A stretch of DNA of 64,000 bases, taken from the NCBI GenBank assembly GCA_000708835.1, contig DF237212.1:1-64000 (forward strand), written 5' to 3'. The notes beneath the pieces were generated by a model. The model saw nothing but the letters and a program-made list of their open reading frames with translations, had not been told where the DNA came from and did not search any database. A program made the position numbers and the translations under genes. Positions 12,001-24,500 of the stretch are shown piece by piece; the first letter of the stretch is position 1; each line of letters opens with the position of its first letter. The DNA comes from Klebsormidium nitens (taxonomy: Eukaryota > Plantae > Klebsormidiophyceae).

Positions 12001-12484
12001 GGCGAGGACGTCACTGTGACGGCGGCGAAGGCGCTGTGTCTGCTCAAGTAAGTAAGGTAAACAAGGGGTGTGAGGAATCCAATTCAATGCACTGTTCTAT
12101 ACCTCTGGTAGGTGGTATGTGAGACCTTTTCCAAGCCCTGATGGGGTCTCTCAAAGGACTGATACTGTTTGACCTTAAAAGTCAAACAACCTACTTTGAA
12201 TGAATTTTACCGGTCACCTTTACGCTCACCATACTAACTCTCATGCTTCTCTGCAATGTTGGCATGCTTTTCAACAAGAACATCATGAAGGCTCTTGGTT
12301 AGGCAAGCTGCATTCTGACAAGCGGAAAACTTGCAGGAGTGAGATGGTTGACGAGGAGGTCGTGCAGGGAGAGAACGGCTTTCCTTCCGGCGGAGGAAAT
12401 TTTGAGGAGGATCTCGTCAACTTCGAGGATGGGTCGATCTTGCAGCAAGGAATGGACGATTGGAAAATTAGACCCGAGCCTTGA
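6019..12484 (+). CDS. HEIP1: HEIP1/REDIC1 (C12orf40)-like meiotic class I crossover factor; very large, mostly disordered, about 12 exons
   Basis: Exon 6019-6060 (MLAWRGGSRRKIKE) joins exon 6218-6602 (TKQSVQGKQRHFFEQRRL...SLDIISL). This matches the recalled family N-terminus (plant MLQWMGGSRRKV..RQKQYFEQR..SLDILNL; human MNWVGGSRSRV..KQKEYFEK..SLDLLNL). Exon 7250-7421 (FDIFDVIDE..ESYAAFAVQGTGEIAEGSPPSTP) matches the second plant motif (SVFDLVGD..EAHMAFSVEGLGK..ETPVNSP). Further in-phase exons: 6784-6844, 6960-7045, 7571-7766, 8033-8767, 8936-9291, 9454-9536, 9914-12047 and 12337-12484. Structure between 7767 and 8032 is uncertain. Confidence 0.8.
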
Positions 12485-13432
12485 CTTCACCGTGTCCTAG
12501 TGCTCTTTGTCTCGAGACTGCTCTGTGCTTGCGCTGCAAACTTGTCCGCCCAGATTCATTGTGTCGAATTGGGCACTAGGACGTAGAAGAAAGGGAATCG
12601 TAACTTTTGCTGCTGTCAATTTTCAGGAAAATAGCTGGCACTTGTCCGCACTATGCTTGTTTGACCATGATGCCACTGCTTCTGGGCGGCGTCAAGCCTT
12701 CGATGTTCCTGACGTACTACATGCTTCAAATGACGCATACAATTCATCTGAAAAGTAGTCTCGATAACTCATATTGACTTCGTCATGACCGTCAGCACCC
12801 ACGTCAGCCTGTGTGTTCGATGTTGTTGTCACGCTCGCGAACATTTTTGTCAGAGTTTGTCAGAGTTGGTAGGTAGCATGAAGTGGCATGTCGCTAGCAA
12901 CTGTGGTTACTGCCAAGCAAAGATATATCGAAAGGACTTGGACCTGCCGAACCTCGCAGCAAATCAAACAGAGTGTCAACGCTCTTTTCATCTCTAGTCA
13001 GCTTGGAAGCTGGGATAGTTAACGCATATGAATCCAACGACTGCAAAGACTGCAGTCACCATTCAAGTGCTCAGATGTTGCTGCATCTTGATTCATATTT
13101 GGCGATGTCGCTTCATGATGTCAACCTTGAACAACCTGCGATGCAATGCACTTGAGTTTTGAATGCAGCCGCTTTGAATGGAGCCAAAGCCCGAAGGCAC
13201 AAAGTCAGGCCGCTAATCACCTGCCAGAATGCTCGACACCTTCTGGATAATCGTGACCCTTCAGGGCGATTTGTGAGCAGACTCCGGCCGTCCGATGTGA
13301 AAGTCCAGACGCAAACCCGCAATAACCACCATAGCAACCCCACCCGTCTCCTGGGCGCCTATCTTTCACGCGAACTCTGGCGCGGGGGCAAAGCGGAATG
13401 CTGATCAATCTGAACCTTGAACCACCACCACC

Positions 13433-16400
13433 ATGAAGCGCTTCTTCCCTGTGGTTTCACGAGATGGGCCCAGTAAACGTCAAAAGGATGAAGAGCCTGT
13501 GTGTAAAGGTGAAACAGACTTGTTAGGGCCTTCTGCAACTGGGGCTGTTGCTGAAGAAAGCGAAAAGACCTCGGACAAAGTCGGAATTGGTGGAGCATCG
13601 AACGCCAATGACAGGCCCTCCACTGGTGGTTCCCTCCTGGACGAAAAGAAGGATAGCAAAGACGAGCAGAACCTTGCATCAATCTTCCGGAGGGCCAAGA
13701 GTTTTGGGGCGGGTACGGCGGAGGCTCCCAGCACTTCTGGATATGAGCGGACAGGAAAGAGCCCGACGTCGTTCATGTCCTGGAACACGAATAGCTTCAT
13801 CATACGCATGAAGGCAAACAAGCAGGAGGTGGTGCGCTTTGTGGAGCAGCATGATCCTGATGTGATTGCAATACAGGAGGTGGGTCGTATGGTGACCATC
13901 TTTTCTCTTGGTGCATGCAAGCCCCTTTTTGAAAAATCAGTAGCGGTTGATAGATCTTGCCCATCTTGGTGTGGGACATGTACGCTCCTGCTGCACAGCT
14001 GTCTGCCAATGCTGATGGTGTACGTTTGATGGGGCAGCTGACTAACAAGCCTAATTCTTGAGTTTCTCTGCATCGGTTGGATTATTCTTCGGTAGTATCC
14101 TGGATTTTTCTCCTCCGTGGTTCAGAGCTTCTTGAGTCAACATTGAAGGATGGACACAATTAGCCCCCCGTGCAAGGAATGGAGGTGTGAGCATTTAGGC
14201 ACTTTCCAAATCTGTGGCCACACAATCAGAGAGTTGTAAAGTGCCTCGCAAGGATGCTGAGACAGACCGCAAAAGTGGCCTGGCCAGGTTAATGAACTCA
14301 TCTGATCTGCATTGGGGAGCTTATGCTGGGTCTGACGCTCGCTGATTGTGCACGCCTTCCATCCGTTCAGGTACGGCTTCCTGCGGCAGGAGAGAAGAAG
14401 GGCCCCAAGAACCGGGGGGACATGTCAGATGTCACCAACTCAGCCAGGGATGAGAAGCAGGTGAGCTTACGTTGATAGCGCCCTCTAAGTAAGAACTGAC
14501 AAGTGAAGTCCTCTAAGTAAAGACAATAGCCATCAGAATTCGAGATCTGTGGAGTGGTCCCGTAAGGCAGGGCGTGAACAGATTTTTCATTGTTACTCTT
14601 CTCACCCTTACTCCATACATTCTGTACGTTCCAGCTGGGTTGATCCAGCAAACTCTTGAAAAGTCTAAAGTACTCCTTTAAGACGGGTGGATTTGTTGGG
14701 TTGCAGCTGATTTCAACCTCTGATTCTTCTGCTTTGACCTCCACTTGCAGTTCATGACACGGGCGCTTGCAGCGGCCCCGTTTTCGAACTACCGCGTCTT
14801 CTGGTCGCTGGCGGATGGCAAGTATAGTGGGACAGCGTTGCTTGTGAAAAAAGAGATGGAGATTGTGGGGGTTGCCTACTGCTTCGACGACATTCTCACG
14901 AGGATGGTTGCGGGGGAAGGGGAGCCGGCAAGCGGGCGGAAGGGGCCAAAGCATGAAGAAGAGGGGCGTCTCATCATGGTGGAATTTCCAGGTGGGCCCC
15001 CGAATTAGTCACCCATCAGCATTGAAAAACAGCGAGATGCCAACTTTTGGAAGCTACTGCCGTAGGCTGGCTAGTTGATGGGTTGACTGTGGGAGCTGAC
15101 AGATCAGCCATACCTGTACCGATTTCTCCAAACCAAAGTGAGATGACTTTGTGTTCGATCAAAATTGGCTTCTGCAACGAGGCACGAAAGTGGTCATGGC
15201 CCTTAGTTGAGATCGGAGGACCATTGCCTTTGAAGATCCCAATGTACTTGAAGGTTTAGGATGGTTACCCGGTTACAGCGCTGAGTGCAACGTTTTGAGC
15301 GCGCCATCTGAGTGTGGACATTCCATTGACTTGTCTCGCATATGCCAAGCTTGAGCTACGTTCTTCTGCTCAGAGTTTCGGCTGCTCAACACATACGGCA
15401 TGAACAATGGGTGGAAGGAGGAGACGTTCCAGAGGCGGAGGGATTGGGACCGCCGCCTGCTGGAATTGGTGCAAGCGCTCGTAGGGGGCAAACCCCTTAT
15501 CTGGTGCGGGGACACGAACGTCAGGTGCGCAGTGGCCGGAAATGTTCGAAGGTGTAGGGGTCTGGAAGTTTTCGATATCGGGATCGAAATGATGTAATGA
15601 TCTGCAGCAGCTTAGGGTGTGAAGCTGAGGCGGCAGAAGTTCCTCAAAAATTGAAGAGCGGTTTTTTGCGTGAGTGCATGCTGCTGAAAGTTTCTTCTGA
15701 TCGCCATCCAAATGCGTGTCGACTCAATTGACCAGCTTGAGTGTGAGTCGCCAAGTGGGCAGGCCTCCGTTTGGCTTTTCATTACCATCTTTCGGTTTTT
15801 GCAGCCATACCGATCTCGACGTAAGCCACCCCGAGTTCTTCCGGTGGCAAAAGGAGAAGGGCTACACGCCTCCACGAGACGTTGTGAGTGAGCACGACAG
15901 TGATCTCGTCGCTCTTGGAGAACTCCACATCCAATATTCAGCTCCTTCTGACAGGCACGTGCTATGTGACAGCGCTGCTAGATGTCTGCAAAGACTTGTG
16001 TCGTAACTATCTAAAATTGCTTGGCCATTATTGCTTTTGTATTGCTGAGTCTACGTGCCCTGCTTCCGGCTGTTGCATTTTACTCTCAAAGGGCATGTCT
16101 TCAATTTCCATCGAAGAGTTGAACGGAACCTCAACGAATGTGTTTGCAGGACGTTGGGCAGCCTGGCTTCACGCAAGCGGAGAAGGACCGATTCTCGGAA
16201 ATTCTAGAAAAGTGAGCGGACCTTGTAAAGCCGCAAGCTGCTCTCAAGATTGATGTGTCAGTGGTCACCCGCTACTTAACCACTGATCGAGTTCGAAAAG
16301 CCAAGGGGTTAGGCAGAGACGTCAACTTCGATATTGTTTGCTTGACTCAATCTGGAAATGGGAATTGAAGTCGTCAGAGCCTGAGGGTTTTGGAACAGTG

Positions 16401-17481
16401 GCATTGAGGCCTCTTTCGTGCACACGTTGAGTAAAATCTTATCCTGTGAATTTGTCTGCAGGGGGAGGTTAGTAGATAGCTATAGGCACCTGCACCCGAA
16501 GAAAGACTACGAGACGGGATTCACGTGGTCGGGGCATCCGGTCGGGAAGTGAGTTGCTATCCCTTTCTGTTTAGATCCAAGAAATAATTTTGACCTTTGC
16601 GTAGACCGACTTTAAAGCATTCTCTTTTCAATCCGCTCTTCGTCCATTCATGTCCTTTTCGTACTTTCTCGTTGAGAAAACATGCTTTACAAACAATTCT
16701 GAGGAAACCCACTCGATCTTGGATGCTCAAGCCCATTTCACAGCCCGCTTTCGTTACGCCCTGTGCCTCAGCAACAATCTTTTCACATGTTCATGGTTTC
16801 CCGCTCTGCCAACTGATAATCTGGTGAATTTGACGAGCATTGCGTCACGTTCCAATCCTACTTCGATAGCACCTCGTGCCTTGGCGCCTTGGTTGTGCTT
16901 GAACGACAGTTTAGCTCAGTCTGAACCCTGCCGGTCTTGGAATACTTCCTTCTAATCAGAACAGCGCCATGAATTTCGAGTCTCTTCGTCGTCAGAGGGG
17001 GAAGGTTCTCAGCAACGTGGCGAGAGAGAAGTTATAAGCTGACAGACATCAAAGAACGCGTTTTGCTGGTGCAGATACCGAGGGAAGCGAATGCGGATCG
17101 ACTACTTTCTGCTGTCGGAAAGTCTAGTTGACCGCCTCGAATCCAGCGAGATACACGGGACGGGGATCGAACGAGAAGGTACGCCAAAACAAACTGCGTG
17201 GTGGGCGATTGTGCGCACTGCGTTTCTCGAGTCTACACCGCGAGGCCTCATAAAGGCTTCTCAAATGAAGATTAGAGCGGTTGCTCTAAAAGTAAACCAG
17301 CTTCGATGGTCGAGCTTGACAATTTGACTTCCAGGATGTAAAAATGTTGTGAAGCGGGCGCCTGTCCAAAAAGGCGATCCTTTTCTCAACCAGCTTGAAT
17401 CGCTTGGTTGCAGGTTTCATGGGCAGCGACCATTGCCCAATCACCTTGCGCCTCCGGGAGAAGCTCGTACACAATGCCTAG
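13433..17481 (+). CDS. APE1L: DNA-(apurinic/apyrimidinic site) endonuclease, ExoIII/APE family, plant APE1L type; 9 exons
   Basis: Exons 13433-13879, 14371-14460, 14751-14991, 15374-15524, 15805-15883, 16150-16211, 16462-16548, 17075-17178 and 17414-17481. Motifs: MKRFF start, FMSWNTNS, DPDVIAIQEVR, WSLADGKYSGTALL, EGR, WCGDTNVSH, GQPGFT, GFTWSGHP, KRMRIDYF and GSDHCP, collinear with Arabidopsis APE1L. Confidence 0.96.
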
Positions 17482-19044
17482 CTGTGATACTGTACCGCTG
17501 AAAGTGTCCATATCTTGTCCCAAACTGTACAGCCTGTGTTTGAGAGGACGCGCATGCTGTGACGTCCTAGAACCCTTCTCCCACCTCGCACGTGTCCCTT
17601 GCCACGATTGCACTGTCATGAATGGGAATGAGAGTCACTTCGTTAGGCATGAGTGTGACGTGTTGCAGAATGCATGTTCTGGGCAATCCGTTCCTTTGTG
17701 CAATACTTTTCAATGGCGAACTTTCGGCAGTTGTATATCATGGACAAAAACCTTATTGCTCCTGTGCTTCTGACCGGACACGATTGAGTCTCAGTCGACG
17801 TGATACTTCTCGTGTTTTCCACCTGCGAAGGATACAATTTGACCTGCCCTCATCGTGTTTATGGTGGTGCTTCGTGTGTTTACACGTGCTAAGCACCTTG
17901 TCGATCGCGTTACCCGCGAGCCCAAGCGCATTACTGACGGCAGAAGTATAAATGTAATTTATTGCGATGCTTGGCGTAACACTGCTATTCCAACACACCC
18001 GTGTATTGCCAGCGCGCTCTCGACGTTGCATATGTGTGATCTATTTGACCGCATGCAGCAGCCGCTCAAAAGAAGGCAGCAATGCTTCCAGTGCAAGTCT
18101 TCAGGCAATGCAGGTAGTCTTCTTGCACGCGCGCCCTTGCCCAGTGAGTTCTGACTCCGAGTGGCACAGCGCGGTTGTCACGGCCCTTTCAACAGGGCTC
18201 GCTCGTCCGACCGTGCATGAGCTGACGTACACGTACTTTCCGCGCTACATCGTCAACATCAACGGCAGTATCATGCACTCTTCCTTAAACCACCACCCGA
18301 CCGGTACATATGGGCCAGCAGTGCTGGCCAATTTCATAACTTGAACCTCACTTGTGAAATTCAAGTTGCGCTCATGGGGCGCACGTATTTGGCACTCAAA
18401 TGTGGCTCTTGTCCAGCTCTGAGCATGCCCAGATCATGCTTTCAGGTGGCGGTGTCAAGCTTAGTCGCTACATAGAGGCCTTGCAGGAAGGCGCCAGGCT
18501 TTTCAGCCCTCAAAACCACCAAGAATAGCTCCTAAAAGCCAAGGGGAGCTTTCTGGGGCCTCCAGGCCTTGTTTTTGACGGTTTCAACAGCTCGAAAAGG
18601 GAGCGCGTCCCAGCGGGGCCTGTTCCTGGCGAACAGGCTTGACACCGCTTGATTTGGTGAAGGTTTGGTGCAGTTTTTGGGTAGGGTAGCTACCCTTTCC
18701 AGTGTGCAAAAAGATGCGCCCCATGAGTCTCAGTTTGAATTGCCCGATCTCGACGACCGTTGGCAAGTTATGCCACGTCAGCATCGAAATTGCCCGGTTT
18801 TATAGGTTGGGTGGTGGTTTAAGTAGAAAGCCTGGCAGAACTGAGTGATCGTTGACTGAGTGCGTGCACTGATCACAGGCGACCTGTTTCTACACCATTC
18901 TAAGTTAACAAAAGAGCGCTGCCCTCACAGGCGCCCTTCCTCAAAGCCCAATATCCTGTTGCCCAAACTCGCTCTTCAGAGGCAGCATCCTTTCTCTCAG
19001 TCGGAACACTGCAGTTTGCGTGCAAGCCCGCCTCTGTCAGCGCT

Positions 19045-21122
19045 ATGGCCGACCAGAACGTGTGGTACAGGATCCCGCCCACTCCACGTGTCATCCTTCC
19101 CGCTGTCGCGGCCGCGTTCACGGTGGGGGGGCTCTTCTTCCATCTTGTGAGGAACAAGAAGATCTTCGGGGGTAAGTCATGGCGGATCCTCCGTACAGCC
19201 GCTATTTTCATTATGTATTACTTGAGCCTCTCTTTGAAGCCCGTCCTTTTAGGTGCTCTTGCTGTTCCAACTTTTGGCCGAATTTCGCAAGGGAACGTCT
19301 CGAAAGCTTCTGACAGAGTAAGAAATGTCTGCAAGTTTTGCTTCCATGCATCCGTGCCGTATGAATGCTTGGTGCGTTCATTGAGCTTCGGAAACATCAA
19401 ATGACATCGATGGGTGCACCATAAGATGAGTAAGTTGGAAGAGGGACTTTAGAGTAGCACATGCGGACTTATGAGACCTGCATCTCAGCTGACCGTTAGG
19501 GACTATCTTTGTTTCGTCGTGATTATCCACCACTGAATTCTTTGGGAGCGGGCGCTCTTACTGCTTTCCAAAAGGCGATGCTGATGGACTCGGCTTTGGC
19601 CGTTATGGTCAAAGGAGCCGAGTGCCTCGTAGCCACTTGATTTCTTTGCCCAGACTTTTGGATATCATTACGGAATTGCTTTCATAGCTCGAGTACGGAG
19701 TCTGTAAGCCTGGTGGCCGCTCCGTAAGTAACTTCGAATCCTTCAGACAATCACCACAGGCATATTGTGGTGGCGCCGAATTTCTCCCCGCTTCGTTGTT
19801 CTGCAGCTTTTGAGTCTCAAACTCTGCTTGTGGAAAAGCTAGGGCGGACGAGTTGTGCACTCCCTGCTCACTTAAAATCCAGCTTTCGAGACATCTAGTC
19901 GGTCTGTGCGCTTGTGGCCCGTCTGATCTCGTGATTCATGGATATGCTGATGAAACCAACGCGTCTTCACTTGAAAACTAACGAGACACGCCGCATGAGT
20001 GATTCGGAGAAAGATAAGGTGCTCTCAAAAAGAGAGGAGGCTTGTGCATGGTGAGGTTAGCCTCTTGACGCTGAGATGAACGACACTCCTGAAGCGACAG
20101 CCCGACTAACAGAGTACTTGCTCTGAAAGACTTTCAGCTCAGCCACACCAAAGAGGCAAAGAAAGGTCAGTAACTTTTGGTTGGCCTCTCTCACTAACAC
20201 GTTGCCCCGTCAGGTTGTGTCCAAAACATCTGGACGAAAGGCTATAAGGCCCAACGATGGCAGGAGGCAGTCTGTTCAAGTGATTTTCCGCCATGCAGGC
20301 TCGATTCCGCGGACGCTGACGCCGGAATGGGAGGACGCAACGGACCTGAAAATGCACGCGTGGCCCCGGGAGGCGAGCGAGCACCCGGTGGCAATCAACC
20401 CCATCCGGCGGGAAAACTTCTACGTCAGAGTGAGCATGCAAAAGCGTTTTGGCGAAGTCAGAGCGTTGCAGGCAGCAGAACATGTGCCTCTGCTTGAAAG
20501 TCGGAGGCCGGAGTGGGCGTCTGCAAGTGCGTGTCGCTCTTGGGGTGCGGCTGGCTTGCCCGGAGCGTTCCGTACTTTGGCATTGTGTGAAATTTTTGTA
20601 AGGGTGCGCGTCGACTCAAAATCTGCAAAAAGCTTTCCAGATTTCTTAGCCAATCGGATGGCTTTTCAGATCCACGTGGTAGCCCAAGGTACATACCAGA
20701 AGAGTAATATGGCCTGAAAAGTACCATACCTCCTACCTGTCGGTACTACAAAGGCAACACTGGAGGCCAAGTAGGTTTTCGGTCGATACGCAACCTAACC
20801 TTAATCTCGTACCTATGCACAAGTAAATGCTCTGACTTTGGAAAAATGCACCCGCTCAAGAGATAGGCCGGAAAGCTATGATGGTCACGCATGCGCCTTT
20901 ATAAGGAGAGGAGAGCATTGTGAGCCTGACCGTATACTCAGCTTCCCGGTTGTAATGAGAGATGACGTCGACTCGCAGAGTGGCCGTACACGAGTGCGTT
21001 TAAAGACTGCGGATTCAAACGCTGGTTACGATTCACCCTAATTCTCTTGCATGCAGACGGACAACCGGTATGAAGAACACGAGATCAGGAGAAGCATCGG
21101 AAAAAAGGCTGAGAAGCTTTGA
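19045..21122 (+). CDS. AtOZI1/DUF1138 family small membrane protein (plant cytochrome c oxidase subunit 4-like); 3 exons
   Basis: Exons 19045-19171, 20299-20429 and 21057-21122 give MADQNVWYRIPPTPRVILPAVAAAFTVGGLFFHLVRNKKIFGGSIPRTLTPEWEDATDLKMHAWPREASEHPVAINPIRRENFYVRTDNRYEEHEIRRSIGKKAEKL. One TM helix is followed by KIFGG-x-x-P-x-T..EW..ATD.K..AWPR..PV.(M/I)NPI.R.NF, as in AtOZI1. The third exon is less certain. Confidence 0.85.
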
Positions 21123-21532
21123 AGAGGCACCGTTATATGCCGCTTCCTGATCCACGACGCTTGAAGATGTCAAACCTGGTCAATGACGTCCTAAAGACCG
21201 TAGGGTTGTTAGGAGGTGTACATATAAGCGGTTGTGCAGACGATATATGAGCTCGATCATTCGTCTGCGAAGTGCGAACTAAGTCCCTATTCTTACGGCA
21301 AGCTTGAATTGTAGCGGCATCTGCGGCTGATGCATGCGCTGACGGATATGCCGAATCGGTCCCGGCCAAATTCGATCTGTGGGTACGATCCTGGATGACT
21401 TGCTTTTCTTTGCTTACAGTCAAAATCGTCGATTTTGCGAACTTCGTAAGCAAAGTGAGAGCTTCCAAGGAAACAGTGCCAGTCTTTATTGTCGACAGTG
21501 GCACCTACGAGAATGTTAACAGTGTTGTGTGC

Positions 21533-24500
21533 TTAAGCCGGCCCACGTGGGACGTCTCCGGGTTTCTTACGGACCTGGGCTGCGTGCACTAAGCTATCAT
21601 ATACACGAATCTTGGAAGGTCGCTTGCTCGTGTTTACACACCTTGACTCGACAATATTGCGCTGATTGATGTTGATTATCTAACAGGAACCCTTACCGCA
21701 AGGCAGCCAGTTCCTGGTACTTTTGAGGGCAGGGTACAGCTTCGTATACGACGTAAACAACTTATCGTACAGTTGGACTTCCCTGGCTTCCGGCGTAAAC
21801 CGTCTCGCAACTTTTACCCAATGACCTGCATGTTCAAACGTTGTATCAAGCATCCGCCCAAAAGATCCAGCCATCCAGTCTGTGAAAGGACGAGAACTGT
21901 CTCGTTCGCACCAAATTTCAGCAGATTGTAATAGACGACGTCACACTCTTCATTCAATCCGCAGAGCAGCGGATCCGATGAGAGTGACGGAGGTTTCGGC
22001 AAAGCGAGTTAAGGTAATTTGAGAAGTAGCAGTTATCCGCCAGCAAAAGGATGGGGGCAAGCTTTCGCAACTCGATCTTCACAGTTAGCGCCCTGTGATC
22101 GAAGCTCACCGCTTGGGTTGAGACTGTCGTGCCACCCTAGCCATCGACCCGCCAGAATAGCCGCGCCTTTGACACCGACCTCCTGCGAGCAGAATTGAAG
22201 CAGTTATGAGTCTACTCGCTGCCAAAAATCGATTGAAACCTCGCACCTGCATCATTATAAATCAGAGGGAGGCCAGATATTGCTAAAGGAGCAGGCAAAG
22301 ATCTGAAAGTTTATGGTCCGAAGGTTTGATCATCAGGTACACGTAAAACAACGCAACACATATATTTCGATGGTCAGAAGAATTGATCGCCACCTTCAAA
22401 TCCAGCGGGCCGGAGCTTCGCACCTGTGAGTCTTGGATGGTTTCGACGTCCTGTCCGAAGATGCTAGCAATGATCGAAGGCCACACGGAGGACCTGAGGA
22501 TGGACACGCGTCGACTCAGCATAAGGAGGGTCGTTGTCATGACAGCTACAGCTAGGTGATGAATCGACTTGAGATCCTAGTCGGACGTGAACGAAGGGGC
22601 TGCAAAGCAAGAGGACATGCGTCTTCTAAGTACGAGCGCTCGAAAGGGCAGTAAAGCAAATTCAGGGCCTGCCAGAACGAACCACCGCAAGGACGGCTTT
22701 CTTGAACGCAGTTCTAGACGTGGGCGAAACCAGAAATGTTACCGCAAAATACTGAGACGTGACGTTTACCTGGCCCCGCCGCCTACTAGCCTCAACGGTA
22801 GCTTCTCTTCCGAACCGGTTTCTCCTGCATCAAAACCACTCTCGATGAAGCTCTTGAACAAGACGAACTTCAATATATCCATTTCAGCGCGGGTTTTCTC
22901 GCCACTCTAGAGTAAAAAGGAGAACCTTCACTCCTTTTCGATGCGCTCTGGGAAAGTAAACCCTCCTGACGGCTTCAAAGGCTGCAAGTCAGATTACAGA
23001 GTCTGACCAAATCATCGCAAGTGTTCAGGGTGTAAGCGAACGTTCACCGATACCCTACAGGCATCGAATCCATTTGGATTCGAGCTAACAAGCTGCACTG
23101 TCAAGACGCGCTCTTACCGGGTGTGACGTCATTCGCAAGAGCATCCCGGGCGCTTCGAAAAGCGAAGGCCGTTCCCTCCATCACCTAAGGCACAGGGAAC
23201 AAAGTTCGCGAAGAATCTTCTCAGTACAGGTTTCATTCAGCACCGTCAGGGCGACCGACGAACAAGGCCGCCCCCGTGTCAAAGGCTGGACGATGCCCAG
23301 TCTGCGTCGTCCGCGGCAGTCTAAGAGGGATGTCACCAGTGTGCGTAAGGTCTTATGAATCAACAGTAGAGTGCTCCTTAAGTGTCTGCCCGGTTCGGAG
23401 GGCGCCAAAATAACCAGCAAGCGAGCAAGCATACTTTTCTCTTTCTGTCAAACTCTGATTCGTTTTCAGTCGTCCATAAAGCGAACCGTTGAATTAGCCA
23501 CTTTGGTCATTCGGACGGTTTGAGATGTTTACCCGACAATTTTAGAACGGAACAGCTAGCAGGGCATGGGCAGCCTTACCGCCCGGTACAGATGGCCGGT
23601 TTGGGTGGACGCCGAGAGCCCCACGAAGGCGGCCCGCGCATCGCCGTCGTCGAAGGGGCACCGCTCCCCTGCAAATCATCTCTTTTTTCGTTTGGATTAG
23701 CTGTGAAATTATTGGATAGTCTAGGGTAGAAAGCATTTTGTCAACCTGTTAAGTGTTGAACCTGCCTCTTTGTTATCCTAAGGGACCGCTTATAGATGTA
23801 GGCCCCATAAGGTTTGGCGGGGTCTGGATGTGGATTACAAATCGAGCGTGCTTCCTGACGTTGCGTTACTTTCCAGAATGCACGGAGGACTCGATCGCAG
23901 CCCGTTTTTGGATCCCAATAGGAAGCAGCCGACTTGTCCGTTGCTTGCGAGAGCTACGAGCAGATTATACGAGCACGCAAGTCCAAACGGGTTATAGATC
24001 TGATTGACTGAGCTTTCTCGAAGGCGGCTCTGAAAGCTCCGGTCGGAAGCAGACGAAACAAGCGGACTCACCGTTAAGAAAAGGTAGGTAGAGCAAGCCA
24101 CCCGATCCGGCAGGTACCTGGCTTGCAGAACGATTGACGCGGTCAAACTGCTCCGCTCTGCTGAGATCCCCTGCCAAGGAAACAAGGCGGGTCTGCGTAT
24201 GCTTGTCGGACGCTCTGCCGGTTGTCTCATGACTGCATGCATTCCGAAAGGTTAACATGATCCAAGGCCGCAACATGTCAAGAGGACACCTATCATTCGG
24301 CTTGCGAGGCACGACAAGACTTTCCTAGTCCACGTGAGCCGACGGAATCGGATCAATTCGAGTCTCGATCTTCCGACGTGCTCGGGTCAGATGCCTGGCT
24401 CAATCCCCCAGCAACACCAAGTTAAACGCAAAGATCACAACTTTGTCAAATACCGTACGACTCTCTGAGCATCTCATAGGAACAACAGCACCCACCCAAA

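Noticed and set aside
419-21122. OXPHOS gene cluster (NDUFS1 and COX4-like)
   Set aside because: The two genes are separated by unrelated genes; proximity is plausibly chance.
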